From Clostridia bacterium (GTDB taxonomy: Bacteria > Bacillota > Clostridia > Oscillospirales > CAG-272): a stretch of DNA of 64,000 bases. Both the position numbers and the translations under genes were made by a program. Shown piece after piece: positions 9,178 through 16,700 of the stretch. The notes beneath the pieces were generated by a model. It was given only the letters and a program-made list of their open reading frames with translations, was not told the DNA's origin and searched no databases. The stretch spans positions 11,156-75,155 of the forward strand of contig JAFTNU010000001.1 of NCBI GenBank assembly GCA_017451735.1, read 5' to 3'. Positions within the stretch are counted from its first letter, which is position 1; each line of letters begins with the position of its first letter.

Positions 9178-10107
9178 TCACACCCCGTCTTCTAAAATGC
9201 GGTCTCTGAAATAGCGACCCACGGCGGCAATGTAGCGAAGCAGATCGCCCTTTAAGGGCTTGGGCAAATGCTTGAGCACCCGGAAGGTCTCAAAGTTCAG
9301 CGCTCCCCGATAGCCACTGTCCTTCAGCCCCGCGATAAAGCCCTCCCAATCGGTCTGGTGGCCGGCGGAGGCCACGCAGGTATAGGGGGCGGTGTGCCAG
9401 TCGGCAATGCCGTTGTTGTCGTGAATATGTAAAACGGTCAGCCGTTTTCCTGCCTTTTTCAGATGGTCGTGCAGATTGCAGCCCATCATGTTGGCGTGCC
9501 CCACATCAAAGCAATAGCCAAAGGCATCACAGCCTGCCTCGACGTTCAGGGTGTCGATATAGCGGCAAACCTCCTCTCCGCTACTGCAAACGCCGTCGAT
9601 CAGGCGACCGTTGAAGTGTATGGGCAGATTTTCGAGGCAGACCTTGACGCCGGTTTTGACGGCGGCGGGGATCAGACGGCGGTAAAGCTGCATATTATGC
9701 TCCCACTCCAGCTCCTTGTCGGTCTGTCTGTCGGGGTGCACCACCAGGGCGGGACAGCCCACATAAGCACAGACCTCCAGACACTTTTCCACACTCATCA
9801 GAATGTAGTCGGTCAGCTCGGCGCGGCCGTCGATCCATACGGGTGCGGGAGCGTGCATCTGGGCAAAGGCAACGCCGTGCTTCTCGGCGGCCTCCTTTAA
9901 GGGTGTGAAAAAGGCAAGAATATCCTCGGTGCTCTGATCAAAAAAAGAGGAGGGTGCGGTCTCGCTTTTGGTCAGGGTCTTGACGGGTAGATAATGGTCA
10001 ATATTGAAATCCACCGCCTCGAAGCCGCAGTCCTTGATAAAGGCAAAGGAGCTGTCGGGGTCGTTTTTGTCATACCAGCCTGCAGACTGAACAGAAATTT
10101 CCAGCAT
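9178..10107 (-). CDS. Sugar phosphate isomerase/epimerase (xylose isomerase-like TIM barrel), paralogue 1
   Basis: ATG at 10107 is preceded by GGAGGA. MLEISVQSAGWY..CGFEAVDFNIDHYL..LENL..DVGHAN..HIHDNNG. Paralogous to 10190-11134. Confidence 0.8.
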   Translation of the reverse strand: MLEISVQSAGWYDKNDPDSSFAFIKDCGFEAVDFNIDHYLPVKTLTKSETAPSSFFDQSTEDILAFFTPLKEAAEKHGVAFAQMHAPAPVWIDGRAELTDYILMSVEKCLEVCAYVGCPALVVHPDRQTDKELEWEHNMQLYRRLIPAAVKTGVKVCLENLPIHFNGRLIDGVCSSGEEVCRYIDTLNVEAGCDAFGYCFDVGHANMMGCNLHDHLKKAGKRLTVLHIHDNNGIADWHTAPYTCVASAGHQTDWEGFIAGLKDSGYRGALNFETFRVLKHLPKPLKGDLLRYIAAVGRYFRDRILEDGV

Positions 10108-10124
10108 GATCAATTCCTCCGAAT

Positions 10125-10158
10125 TAAAAAATACAGGCACGGGGATCCCCGTGCCTGT
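10125..10158 (-). terminator. Intrinsic terminator/attenuator between the two isomerase paralogues
   Basis: Perfect 13-bp-arm palindrome ACAGGCACGGGGA/TCCCCGTGCCTGT followed on the minus strand by ATTTTTT. It sits only ~20 nt before the next RBS. Confidence 0.55.
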
Positions 10159-10189
10159 TCATACACGGCAAAGCCGTATTGTCGGTTTG

Positions 10190-11134
10190 TTACTTAGCCT
10201 CGGGCCAGTTGGGGTCGTCGATGCACTCGGCCCAGTAATGACCGATGCCCGAGATCAGCTTCAGCGCCTGGGTGTGGACAGCCTTGGGGTAGGCAGAGAA
10301 GATACGGAAGGTCTCAAAGGCGATCACGCCGGGGTAGTTGATCTCCTTCAACCCCTCTACAAAGCCGTTCCAGTCGCAGACATGACTGCCGCCGGTGGCC
10401 AGATAGGAGTAGGGGATCATGTGCAGATCCTCCAGACCGTTGTTGTCGTGGATGTGAAGGATGGTCAGACGGGAGCCCAGCTCCTTGACATATTCCTTGA
10501 TATTGCGGTTGGTCAGATTGGCGTGACCCACGTCCAGGCAGAAGCCGAAGTAATCTCCGCCGGCCTCCTCATTGAGGATATCCAGCATGCGGCAGGCGTC
10601 GGTGGCGTTGGCAAGGCGACCCTCGATGATGCGGTTGGGGCGGCGGCTGAAGATGTTCTCCAGGCAGATCTTAACGCCCTTGTATTTTTTGATCACGGGG
10701 ATCAGACGGCGGTAGATCATCAGGTTGGTATCCCATTCCTTTTCCTTGGTGGAACGGTTGACGGGGTGCACCACGATGGCGGGGCAGCCCACATACTCGC
10801 AAACGGCAAAGCACTTGTCCAGAGCCATAAAGATGTGATCGTTGACCTCCTCCATGTCCTTGAACCAGACAGGGAAGGGTGCATGCATCTGGCCGATGAT
10901 CACACCGGTCTTTTCCGATGCTTCCTTGAGGGGGGTGAAGAACTCCAGGATCTCTTCAACGGGCTTGTCGAAGATGGTGGGGTAAATGCCGTCCTTGGCG
11001 GTTTTACCTGTGCTCAGGTAGTGGTCGATATTGAAGTCGATGGACTCAAAGCCGCACTCTTTGATGTACTCAAAGGATGCAAGGGGGTCATTTTTGTTAT
11101 ACCAACCCGCGGACTGAACGCCAACTTTCAACAT
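10190..11134 (-). CDS. Sugar phosphate isomerase/epimerase (xylose isomerase-like TIM barrel), paralogue 2
   Basis: ATG at 11134 lies 8 nt after GGAGGA. MLKVGVQSAGWY..CGFESIDFNIDHYL..LENI..DVGHAN..HIHDNNG. Confidence 0.8.
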   Translation of the reverse strand: MLKVGVQSAGWYNKNDPLASFEYIKECGFESIDFNIDHYLSTGKTAKDGIYPTIFDKPVEEILEFFTPLKEASEKTGVIIGQMHAPFPVWFKDMEEVNDHIFMALDKCFAVCEYVGCPAIVVHPVNRSTKEKEWDTNLMIYRRLIPVIKKYKGVKICLENIFSRRPNRIIEGRLANATDACRMLDILNEEAGGDYFGFCLDVGHANLTNRNIKEYVKELGSRLTILHIHDNNGLEDLHMIPYSYLATGGSHVCDWNGFVEGLKEINYPGVIAFETFRIFSAYPKAVHTQALKLISGIGHYWAECIDDPNWPEAK

Positions 11135-11187
11135 AATCAAAATCCTCCGATTTTCTAAAAGATAGTCGTGCGGTGACGACTATCTTC

Positions 11188-11216
11188 ATTATAAAAAAGG
11201 GCGGGGGAAAAGTCAA
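11188..11216 (-). promoter_or_regulatory. Sigma-A-type promoter of the isomerase/ABC operon
   Basis: Minus strand reads TTGACT, 17-nt spacer, TATAAT. The predicted transcript starts at an 11-bp hairpin (11159-11186) followed by UUUUAG. Confidence 0.55.
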
Positions 11217-11474
11217 CCCAAAATGCAAAATTATCTTGCAATAAAATTCGGAGCAAGCCCGCCGCATCCGTTTGAATGTCTCGGGACGTCGAGGCGCCGT
11301 ACTTTACAATCTAAACGGAACACCCATCCATAGGGTGGGCACCCTCGACAGCCTGCATGCAAAACCGCTTGCGGTTTTGTTGGTCGTCCTCCCGTACTCT
11401 CGCCTTCTTCATGAGAGTTCCACCTCGGCTCCGCCCGGCTGCCAAATCGGATGAGGTCACTTGGTGAAAAATGC

Positions 11475-11503
11475 TTGCACATTTCTTTGAAATATGTTAT
11501 ACT
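11475..11503 (+). promoter_or_regulatory. Sigma-A-type promoter candidate
   Basis: TTGCAC, 17-nt spacer, TATACT. About 35 nt upstream of the 11538 start. Confidence 0.55.
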
Positions 11504-11537
11504 GACATCAGAAAATTACTGCCGAAGGAGCAAACAA

Positions 11538-12119
11538 ATGCACTTCAAAGATATGAAATGGTATATGAAAGCACTGATGGGGGTGCTTGTGATCCTGCTT
11601 TCCCCCGTTTTACTGCTTGCCATCATTGCCACATTGGTCAGCGCCATCGTCAGTCCGTGGTTTGAGATGCCTTATTATGCAAGATCGGCCTATTATCGCA
11701 CCTTTGGCGAAAAATACTCTTGGTTTATTACCAGTACGCCCCGCTTTCGCGTATTTCGCCGGTTGCGCAAGCGCCGCCCGGATGTGGCCTTTCCTCCTGC
11801 AGGCACCGACCGTTTTCATTGCTTTACCTGTGGCACGACCCTGATCTATTTCGGAATCTTCGACCGCTTCGTTTATGATACGGAGAAGGGGGAGTGGTGT
11901 GCCGCCGCCTCCGAGAATGACGAGCCCCGCGAGCTGAGTGAGGCTCTTGCCGAATATCCTCACAAGCCCGATGGTGAAAAATATCCCACAACGGATGTAA
12001 AAATTCTTGCCTGTGCCGAGCTGTTTTACGAAGAAAATCTTTACCGTGCCTATGATGATCCGCGCTTTATTATCTATAAAAACAGTAAGGATCTGAAAAA
12101 GAAATTGCTGGAGCTGTAA
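11538..12119 (+). CDS. Hypothetical membrane protein
   Basis: RBS GAAGGAG. N-terminal TM helix (ALMGVLVILLSPVLLLAIIATLVSAIV). No family recognised. Confidence 0.55.
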   Translation: MHFKDMKWYMKALMGVLVILLSPVLLLAIIATLVSAIVSPWFEMPYYARSAYYRTFGEKYSWFITSTPRFRVFRRLRKRRPDVAFPPAGTDRFHCFTCGTTLIYFGIFDRFVYDTEKGEWCAAASENDEPRELSEALAEYPHKPDGEKYPTTDVKILACAELFYEENLYRAYDDPRFIIYKNSKDLKKKLLEL

Positions 12120-12125
12120 GCCGAT

Positions 12126-12166
12126 CCCCGGCCGACGCGTTGCGTCGGCCGGGGATGCTTTTATTT
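12126..12166. terminator. Bidirectional terminator between convergent genes
   Basis: 13-bp perfect stem CCCCGGCCGACGC / GCGTCGGCCGGGG, T-rich on the plus side. Confidence 0.65.
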
Positions 12167-12357
12167 GTCAAAGGACGGATTGAATGCGTAAAAATTTTTG
12201 CTGTCCATGTGATCCTGCGCAATGCGCAGGGCGTCGCCGAAGCGCTGATAATGCACCAGCTCCCGCTGACGCAGATATTTGATGGGATCCCGCACATCGG
12301 GGTCATCCACCATGCGCAGGATGTTGTCGTAGGTCACACGGGCCTTTTGCTCTGTTA
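12161..12357 (-). pseudogene. cotJC: cotJC segment 3 of 3 (C-terminal piece of the interrupted gene)
   Basis: Encodes (I)TEQKARVTYDNILRMVDDPDVRDPIKYLRQRELVHYQRF..SFDK, colinear with the CotJC/Mn-catalase C-terminus. It has no start of its own and abuts the element A junction core GTTA (12354-12357). Confidence 0.85.
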
Positions 12358-12391
12358 CTATCACGTATTCGCAACAAAATCGTGGTGTGTA

Positions 12392-12418
12392 AAAGTGCGA
12401 AAAATCCTTATTTTACAA
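12392..12418 (+). repeat. R-box copy (left end of element A)
   Basis: AAAGTGCGAAAAATCCTTATTTTACAA matches 34759-34785 at 25/27 in the same orientation. It lies 34 nt inside the junction core. Confidence 0.7.
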
Positions 12419-12450
12419 TGGTTTATAGCACTTTTGGGTTAACCCGTTTT

Positions 12451-14010
12451 TCAAAAATTCCAATGAATTTCGAGGGGTACGTTTCGTGTGCCCGGAATGC
12501 GCTTTCCGACCATTATTTTGTCGATCAAAATCTCCACCATTTCCCGTGTCAGATGCTCTACCTTGACGTATTTTTCGATCAGCTCACGGCGGTTGTCACC
12601 CACGGCAATTTTGACGTCGATCTCGGCAATTTGTTTTTGGCATTCGAGAACCTGCGATTCAAGGCGTTCTTTTTGCGAAGTGAAGTCCTTTGATAGCTCG
12701 ATGAAGTCAGCTTCACAAATCAAGCCCTTTACTTTGTCAAGATAGAGGTCGCGCACACCTTTGGAAAACTGATTGATCTTTCCTTGATAGGTTGTAATTT
12801 CGGCTTCGATTTCTTGCTTTTGCTCCAAGAGATCAGCATGAAACTGCACCTTGCGTTCCAACTCATCCATATCAAGATACTCGGCGTTGAGTCGCCTCAA
12901 CTCCGCGATGACCATCCGTTCAAGCCTATCCACCGAGATAAACGCGCCCACGCAAGCTCCCTTGGCGTAGTGTCGGCTGGGGCATTGCAGAAAGTGCCTT
13001 CCGCCCGACTTTGACGAGCGCATGACATACCCGCAGGATGCGCAACGCACTTTCTTGGCGAAAAGACCGATCGTGCCAACCTTGAACGGCTTTGCCCGTT
13101 CAGCTATCATCCTTTGCACTCGATCCCACAAGGCGCGATCAATGATGGGTTCGTGCGTACCTTCCACCCGAAACCATTGCTCCTTTGGGCGCGGTCGGTT
13201 GATCGAGGTTTTGTAGGAAATGCTCTCGTACTTGCCCTGAACGAGATTGCCGATGTAGGTCTCGTTGGTCAGCATATCCGAAATGGCGAAATACTTCCAC
13301 AGCGTACTGTTCTTGCTCGGCGGCAGACTGAACCTGAGCCCCTGCATCCGCTTGTACTCGGTGGGGTTGGGGATCCCTCGGTCATTGAGCATTCGCGCGA
13401 TTGCCGTCTTGCCATAGCCCTGCGAAAAAAGAGTAAACACCTCTCGCACCACGGCGGCTGCTTCCTCGTCGATAATGAGATGCCCTTTCAGGTCGGGATC
13501 CTTTTTGTATCCGTAGAGCGCAAAGGAACCGATGTGAAAGCCGTTTTTGCGGCGGCTGTCCAGCGCGGATTTGATGCTGTCCGACATATCCTCCAAGTAC
13601 CACTCGTTGACAAGTCCGTTGATCTGACGGCTTTTTTTGTTGCCCTTGTTGGCGGTGTCGGCGTTGTCCACGATGCTGACGAAACGAATACCCCAGATCG
13701 GAAAAAGACCGTGTATGTATCGCTCGACTAATTCAAGCTCACGGGTAAAACGGGATTGTGTTTTGCACAGAATAATATCAAATTTTCTCGCCTGTGCGTC
13801 AGCAAGTAACCGCTTGAACTCGGGACGGTTTCTATCCGAGCCTGCATAATCGTCGTCGCTGTAAATGCCGTAAAGCTCCCAGCCCATGCGGTCGGCGTAG
13901 TCGCGGAGCATCGCCTTTTGGTTCTGAATGCTACCCGAATCGTCGGTGGCGTTCTGCTTGTTTTTGTCCTCCTCGGACAGTCTGCAATAGATTGCTACTT
14001 TTTCTCTCAT
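12451..14010 (-). CDS. Large serine recombinase (element A)
   Basis: N-terminal resolvase domain with catalytic-Ser context VAIYCRLSEED. Recombinase domain, Zn-ribbon (CASCGY..LQCPSRHYAKGAC) and C-terminal coiled coil. RBS GGAGGAG. Confidence 0.9.
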   Translation of the reverse strand: MREKVAIYCRLSEEDKNKQNATDDSGSIQNQKAMLRDYADRMGWELYGIYSDDDYAGSDRNRPEFKRLLADAQARKFDIILCKTQSRFTRELELVERYIHGLFPIWGIRFVSIVDNADTANKGNKKSRQINGLVNEWYLEDMSDSIKSALDSRRKNGFHIGSFALYGYKKDPDLKGHLIIDEEAAAVVREVFTLFSQGYGKTAIARMLNDRGIPNPTEYKRMQGLRFSLPPSKNSTLWKYFAISDMLTNETYIGNLVQGKYESISYKTSINRPRPKEQWFRVEGTHEPIIDRALWDRVQRMIAERAKPFKVGTIGLFAKKVRCASCGYVMRSSKSGGRHFLQCPSRHYAKGACVGAFISVDRLERMVIAELRRLNAEYLDMDELERKVQFHADLLEQKQEIEAEITTYQGKINQFSKGVRDLYLDKVKGLICEADFIELSKDFTSQKERLESQVLECQKQIAEIDVKIAVGDNRRELIEKYVKVEHLTREMVEILIDKIMVGKRIPGTRNVPLEIHWNF

Positions 14011-14057
14011 GTTCTTATCTCCTCCACGATAAGAACAAGCTGTTTTCCTCCGCCTCT

Positions 14058-14087
14058 ATTATACCACAGACTGCCCTTGTTTGTCAT
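14058..14087 (-). promoter_or_regulatory. Promoter candidate for the element A recombinase
   Basis: Minus strand reads ATGACA, 18-nt spacer, TATAAT preceded by TGG. The spacer contains GGGCAGTCT, the motif shared with the dispersed repeats. Confidence 0.4.
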
Positions 14088-14218
14088 GAACTTGGAGTAA
14101 AATTTACACTTTTTCTGCGTTCTAACGTTGAGATCAGTTCTATCCATATACGCGTGTAATCCTCCTTCGTCAGTTCTTTTTTCTTGAAAACACTTATAAC
14201 GTGTGATTGCTTTTCCAT
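14084..14218 (-). CDS. Small hypothetical protein (44 aa) upstream of the recombinase
   Basis: AAAGGAG RBS 6 nt before the ATG. MEKQSHVISVFKKKELTKEDYTRIWIELISTLERRKSVNFTPSS. Below the ORF-track size cutoff and no homology recognised. Confidence 0.3.
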   Translation of the reverse strand: MEKQSHVISVFKKKELTKEDYTRIWIELISTLERRKSVNFTPSS

Positions 14219-14295
14219 GATTGTCTCCTTTCGGTTTACTAAAATAATATGAATTCGAGCATGTACACTATACTCGAATCGGTGTGTACGACTAT

Positions 14296-14324
14296 AGTAT
14301 AAACCATAAAATCCCGTTTGTCAT
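14296..14324 (-). promoter_or_regulatory. Promoter candidate overlapping an operator-like inverted repeat
   Basis: Minus strand reads ATGACA, 17-nt spacer, TATACT. The -35 lies inside TCCCGTTTGTCA (14312-14323), whose perfect inverted partner is at 14396-14407. Confidence 0.4.
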
Positions 14325-14517
14325 CGGCGAAACTCCGCCAACTTTTTGCCTATTTTGTGCCATTTCATTTTCACCCAAAAAAGCGAAAAAACTATTGACA
14401 AACGGGACATGATAAAAACTAACTCATAAGTTACTAATTCGTGATACAGTTATTTGCAAGGAAAGGAGATTTGTAATGTTGCTTACCCTTGACGACATCT
14501 ATCGCAAATAAAGCACA

Positions 14518-14565
14518 GAGGTCACGCAACCGAAAGGACGGAAGCGTGACCTCATTTTGATTTGT
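14518..14565 (+). terminator. Hairpin terminator candidate
   Basis: 10-bp perfect stem GAGGTCACGC / GCGTGACCTC followed by ATTTTGATTT. Confidence 0.45.
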
Positions 14566-14640
14566 GTGAGCATGATAGACGTCGTGGGACGCAGTGTGTA
14601 ATTTCGAAATCGTGGTATGTCAACCGACGTATCTTGCAAG

Positions 14641-14762
14641 AATTGTGAAGACTGCCCGGGGTGGCTTGTATAATGTGGAAGAATTACGAAATTACGCACT
14701 GCACGAGCCTCTCTCATGCGTAATTTGAAACAGCCCCACCGCCGAAAGTCCTTATTTTACAA
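14641..14762 (+). repeat. Dispersed hairpin-repeat module, copy 1
   Basis: AATTGTGAAGACTGCCCGGGG. Stem AAATTACGCA/TGCGTAATTT with an 18-nt loop carrying CTCTCT at loop positions 11-16. Ends in CCTTATTTTACAA. Confidence 0.7.
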
Positions 14763-14785
14763 GGGCTTTTGATGGCAAACAAAAG

Positions 14786-14842
14786 AAAAAACATGGGTAC
14801 TTTTCAAAGCTGATTTTTGCTCGAAAAATACCCATGTTTTTT
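14786..14842. terminator. Long bidirectional terminator hairpin (repeat copy a)
   Basis: AAAAACATGGGTACTTTT .. AAAATACCCATGTTTTTT. Nearly identical to 16567-16622. Confidence 0.6.
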
Positions 14843-14849
14843 GATTACT

Positions 14850-15971
14850 TTAGTCGTATTGAACTGGGATGCAACGACGGTGTTCCTGTCTGATTCTGCG
14901 ATTGATCGAATCAAAATCAAGGGGATGCCACCATGCGCTCCTCACCCATTCCGAGATCCATTCGTGGTCGGGATGGTCAGGATCGTTCAGGATTTTCATC
15001 TTCTCGTCAAACCCATACGGTCCGCCGCTGTCCTCCATCGGCGCGTCGCCAATCGCCTCGGTGCAGTGTGGGTACGGGGTAGTGCAGTCGGAAATAAAAC
15101 GCTTCAACTTTATCGTATGTATCCAACCGTCCCCGAAATCGTATTCATAGTCGATCTTCTTTTGCACTTCGAAAATTTCACGAACGGTAACCGTCGTGCT
15201 GTCAATGCTTTCAAGATTTTCGTCAAGCGCAAGCCAATCTTCGTTTTTCATAAATTCGGGCTGTATAATTTTCATCGGTCTGCCCATACTGTCCTTTTTC
15301 AAAACAAACTGATGCAGATGGCAATCGTGCCACTCAAATGCGTCTTGCAAAATCCTGTGAAGCTGATAGAAATTGAGATTGCTCGGAACGACCAATGTTC
15401 TCTTGCAGGGAGTAAGCAGATCAAGCGTGACTTCAAGCTCTGCCACGCGAGCAGATTGCACGGGGGTGCCGTATTTTTCGGTAAGCGCCGTGATCAGATT
15501 CTCATAGATAAACGAATAGTCATCCTTGGCAATCATATCGTCGTTGATCCACGGCAGATATTTCTCTTGAAGCATACTGTCAGATTCAAACAGATTCACA
15601 AAACGCTCTACTCGCTCGCACGCCTTGTTGCAATATGCAACGTCAGACCGAGACGCAGTTGTTGCAAATGTTAAGTCCTTCCCACATTCGTCAAGATATC
15701 TTTCTATAATCTCGGGAGCAATATACTCACTTTGCAATACCGCGCGAATACCGTCTTTCATCAGCGCGGGCATTTTGGCAATACTTTTTGCCGTTAGTCC
15801 GTGAAGCACGAAACAACATTTGGTCGCGTTGTTTACCGCAACCAACGTCTTGCGGCGATTCAGTATGATAAGATTCGCCGTCCAAAAAAACAGCGGGTCA
15901 CTCTCGGTAGTTAATTTTTGTGGCTTCACTGCCAAAAAGCCAAGCAGCTTTTTTGTACATCCTATAACCAT
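14850..15971 (-). CDS. pRiA4b ORF-3-like (MM3350-like) domain protein
   Basis: YEYDFGDGWIHTIKL is the hallmark DFGDxWxH motif. ATG at 15971 follows GGAAGGAGAG and the promoter at 16007-16034. Confidence 0.7.
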   Translation of the reverse strand: MVIGCTKKLLGFLAVKPQKLTTESDPLFFWTANLIILNRRKTLVAVNNATKCCFVLHGLTAKSIAKMPALMKDGIRAVLQSEYIAPEIIERYLDECGKDLTFATTASRSDVAYCNKACERVERFVNLFESDSMLQEKYLPWINDDMIAKDDYSFIYENLITALTEKYGTPVQSARVAELEVTLDLLTPCKRTLVVPSNLNFYQLHRILQDAFEWHDCHLHQFVLKKDSMGRPMKIIQPEFMKNEDWLALDENLESIDSTTVTVREIFEVQKKIDYEYDFGDGWIHTIKLKRFISDCTTPYPHCTEAIGDAPMEDSGGPYGFDEKMKILNDPDHPDHEWISEWVRSAWWHPLDFDSINRRIRQEHRRCIPVQYD

Positions 15972-16006
15972 CTTGCTCTCCTTCCTCGCACTCACTTCTA
16001 TAATAC

Positions 16007-16034
16007 ATTATATCACATTTTCGGAAAATTTCAA
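16007..16034 (-). promoter_or_regulatory. Promoter candidate for the pRiA4b-like gene
   Basis: Minus strand reads TTGAAA, 16-nt spacer, TGA-TATAAT (extended -10). Confidence 0.5.
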
Positions 16035-16116
16035 TAGGAACAACGGAATGAGCATAGGCATTTTTATCATAGCAATTTCGCTCCATACTAATTCCGAAAA
16101 GAGCAAAAGTTGTGTA

Positions 16117-16200
16117 AATTGCGAAGACTGCCCGAGGACTCGCGTAAAATGGAGAACGCGCGAAATTGCGCCACATAGACTGCTCTCTTTGGCGTAACTT
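16117..16200 (+). repeat. Dispersed hairpin-repeat module, copy 2
   Basis: AATTGCGAAGACTGCCCGAGG. Stem AAATTGCGCC/GGCGTAACTT (one wobble, one mismatch). 18-nt loop with CTCTCT at positions 11-16. Confidence 0.65.
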
Positions 16201-16421
16201 TTGAGCGATAACCTCTTGAATGCTTTGAAAAAACAAGACTTTTCCGCGAGATTTTTTATGTAATAAGAGTGCTTGATTTTAAGGCGGTTTTTACATAAAA
16301 AATTTCTCGTATTTAGGGAGCGTTATGGGCTTTGTCGTGCATTTTAGATATGGCGTAGAATTCGAATAGGTATGTATTCACCATAGCAATTCCACTCAAT
16401 ACTCGTTTTCCAAACGGTAAG

Positions 16422-16505
16422 AATTGTGAAGACTGCCCGGGGCGGAAGGAAAAAGGCAATCGTTGCGAAATTGCGTTATAATGAAGACTCTCTCTAACGC
16501 AATTT
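16422..16505 (+). repeat. Dispersed hairpin-repeat module, copy 3
   Basis: AATTGTGAAGACTGCCCGGGG. Stem AAATTGCGTT/AACGCAATTT. 18-nt loop with CTCTCT at positions 11-16. Confidence 0.7.
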
Positions 16506-16566
16506 TAGAAACGCTGAGTTTGAAAAAGTCAAGTAACATAAGGAATTATGCTTATTTTTAATTATC

Positions 16567-16622
16567 AAAAACAAGGGTACTTTTTGAGAGCGTTTTTTGC
16601 GCAAAAAATACCCATGTTTTTT
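16567..16622. terminator. Long bidirectional terminator hairpin (repeat copy b)
   Basis: AAAAACAAGGGTACTTTTT .. AAAAAATACCCATGTTTTTT. Confidence 0.6.
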
Positions 16623-16632
16623 AATGCGGATA

Positions 16633-16661
16633 TTGACAAACGTTATAACATTTGGTATAAT
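16633..16661 (+). promoter_or_regulatory. Consensus sigma-A promoter
   Basis: TTGACA, 17-nt spacer, TATAAT. About 40 nt upstream of the 16701 start. Confidence 0.65.
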
Positions 16662-16700
16662 AAAAATAATAAAACTTGTTATACAAAGCGGAGGCATAAA

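Noticed and set aside
10106-11158. 350-aa plus-strand ORF
   Set aside because: It is antisense to the TIM-barrel isomerase paralogue. Its V/G/D-rich translation has no motifs.
11230-11470. Attempted assignment as tmRNA, SRP RNA, RNase P, 6S RNA, T-box, or SAM/lysine/cobalamin/ZTP/c-di-AMP riboswitch
   Set aside because: None of the remembered core motifs is present on either strand (for example GGUCCGGAAGGAAGCAGC, GAGGAAAGUCCGGGC, a UCCACCA 3' end, the B12 box, CCGCCUGGGCA). It is kept only as an unassigned structured segment.
11231-11482. 83-aa minus-strand ORF and 60-aa plus-strand ORF in the divergent promoter region
   Set aside because: Neither has an RBS, the composition is not protein-like, and both span predicted promoters and hairpins.
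14665-14680. TATAAT/TAAAAT hexamers inside repeat copies 1-3 as promoters
   Set aside because: No acceptable -35 lies at 16-18 nt (TTGTGA is 20 nt away). The hexamer position is not conserved in copy 3, where it falls inside the hairpin loop.
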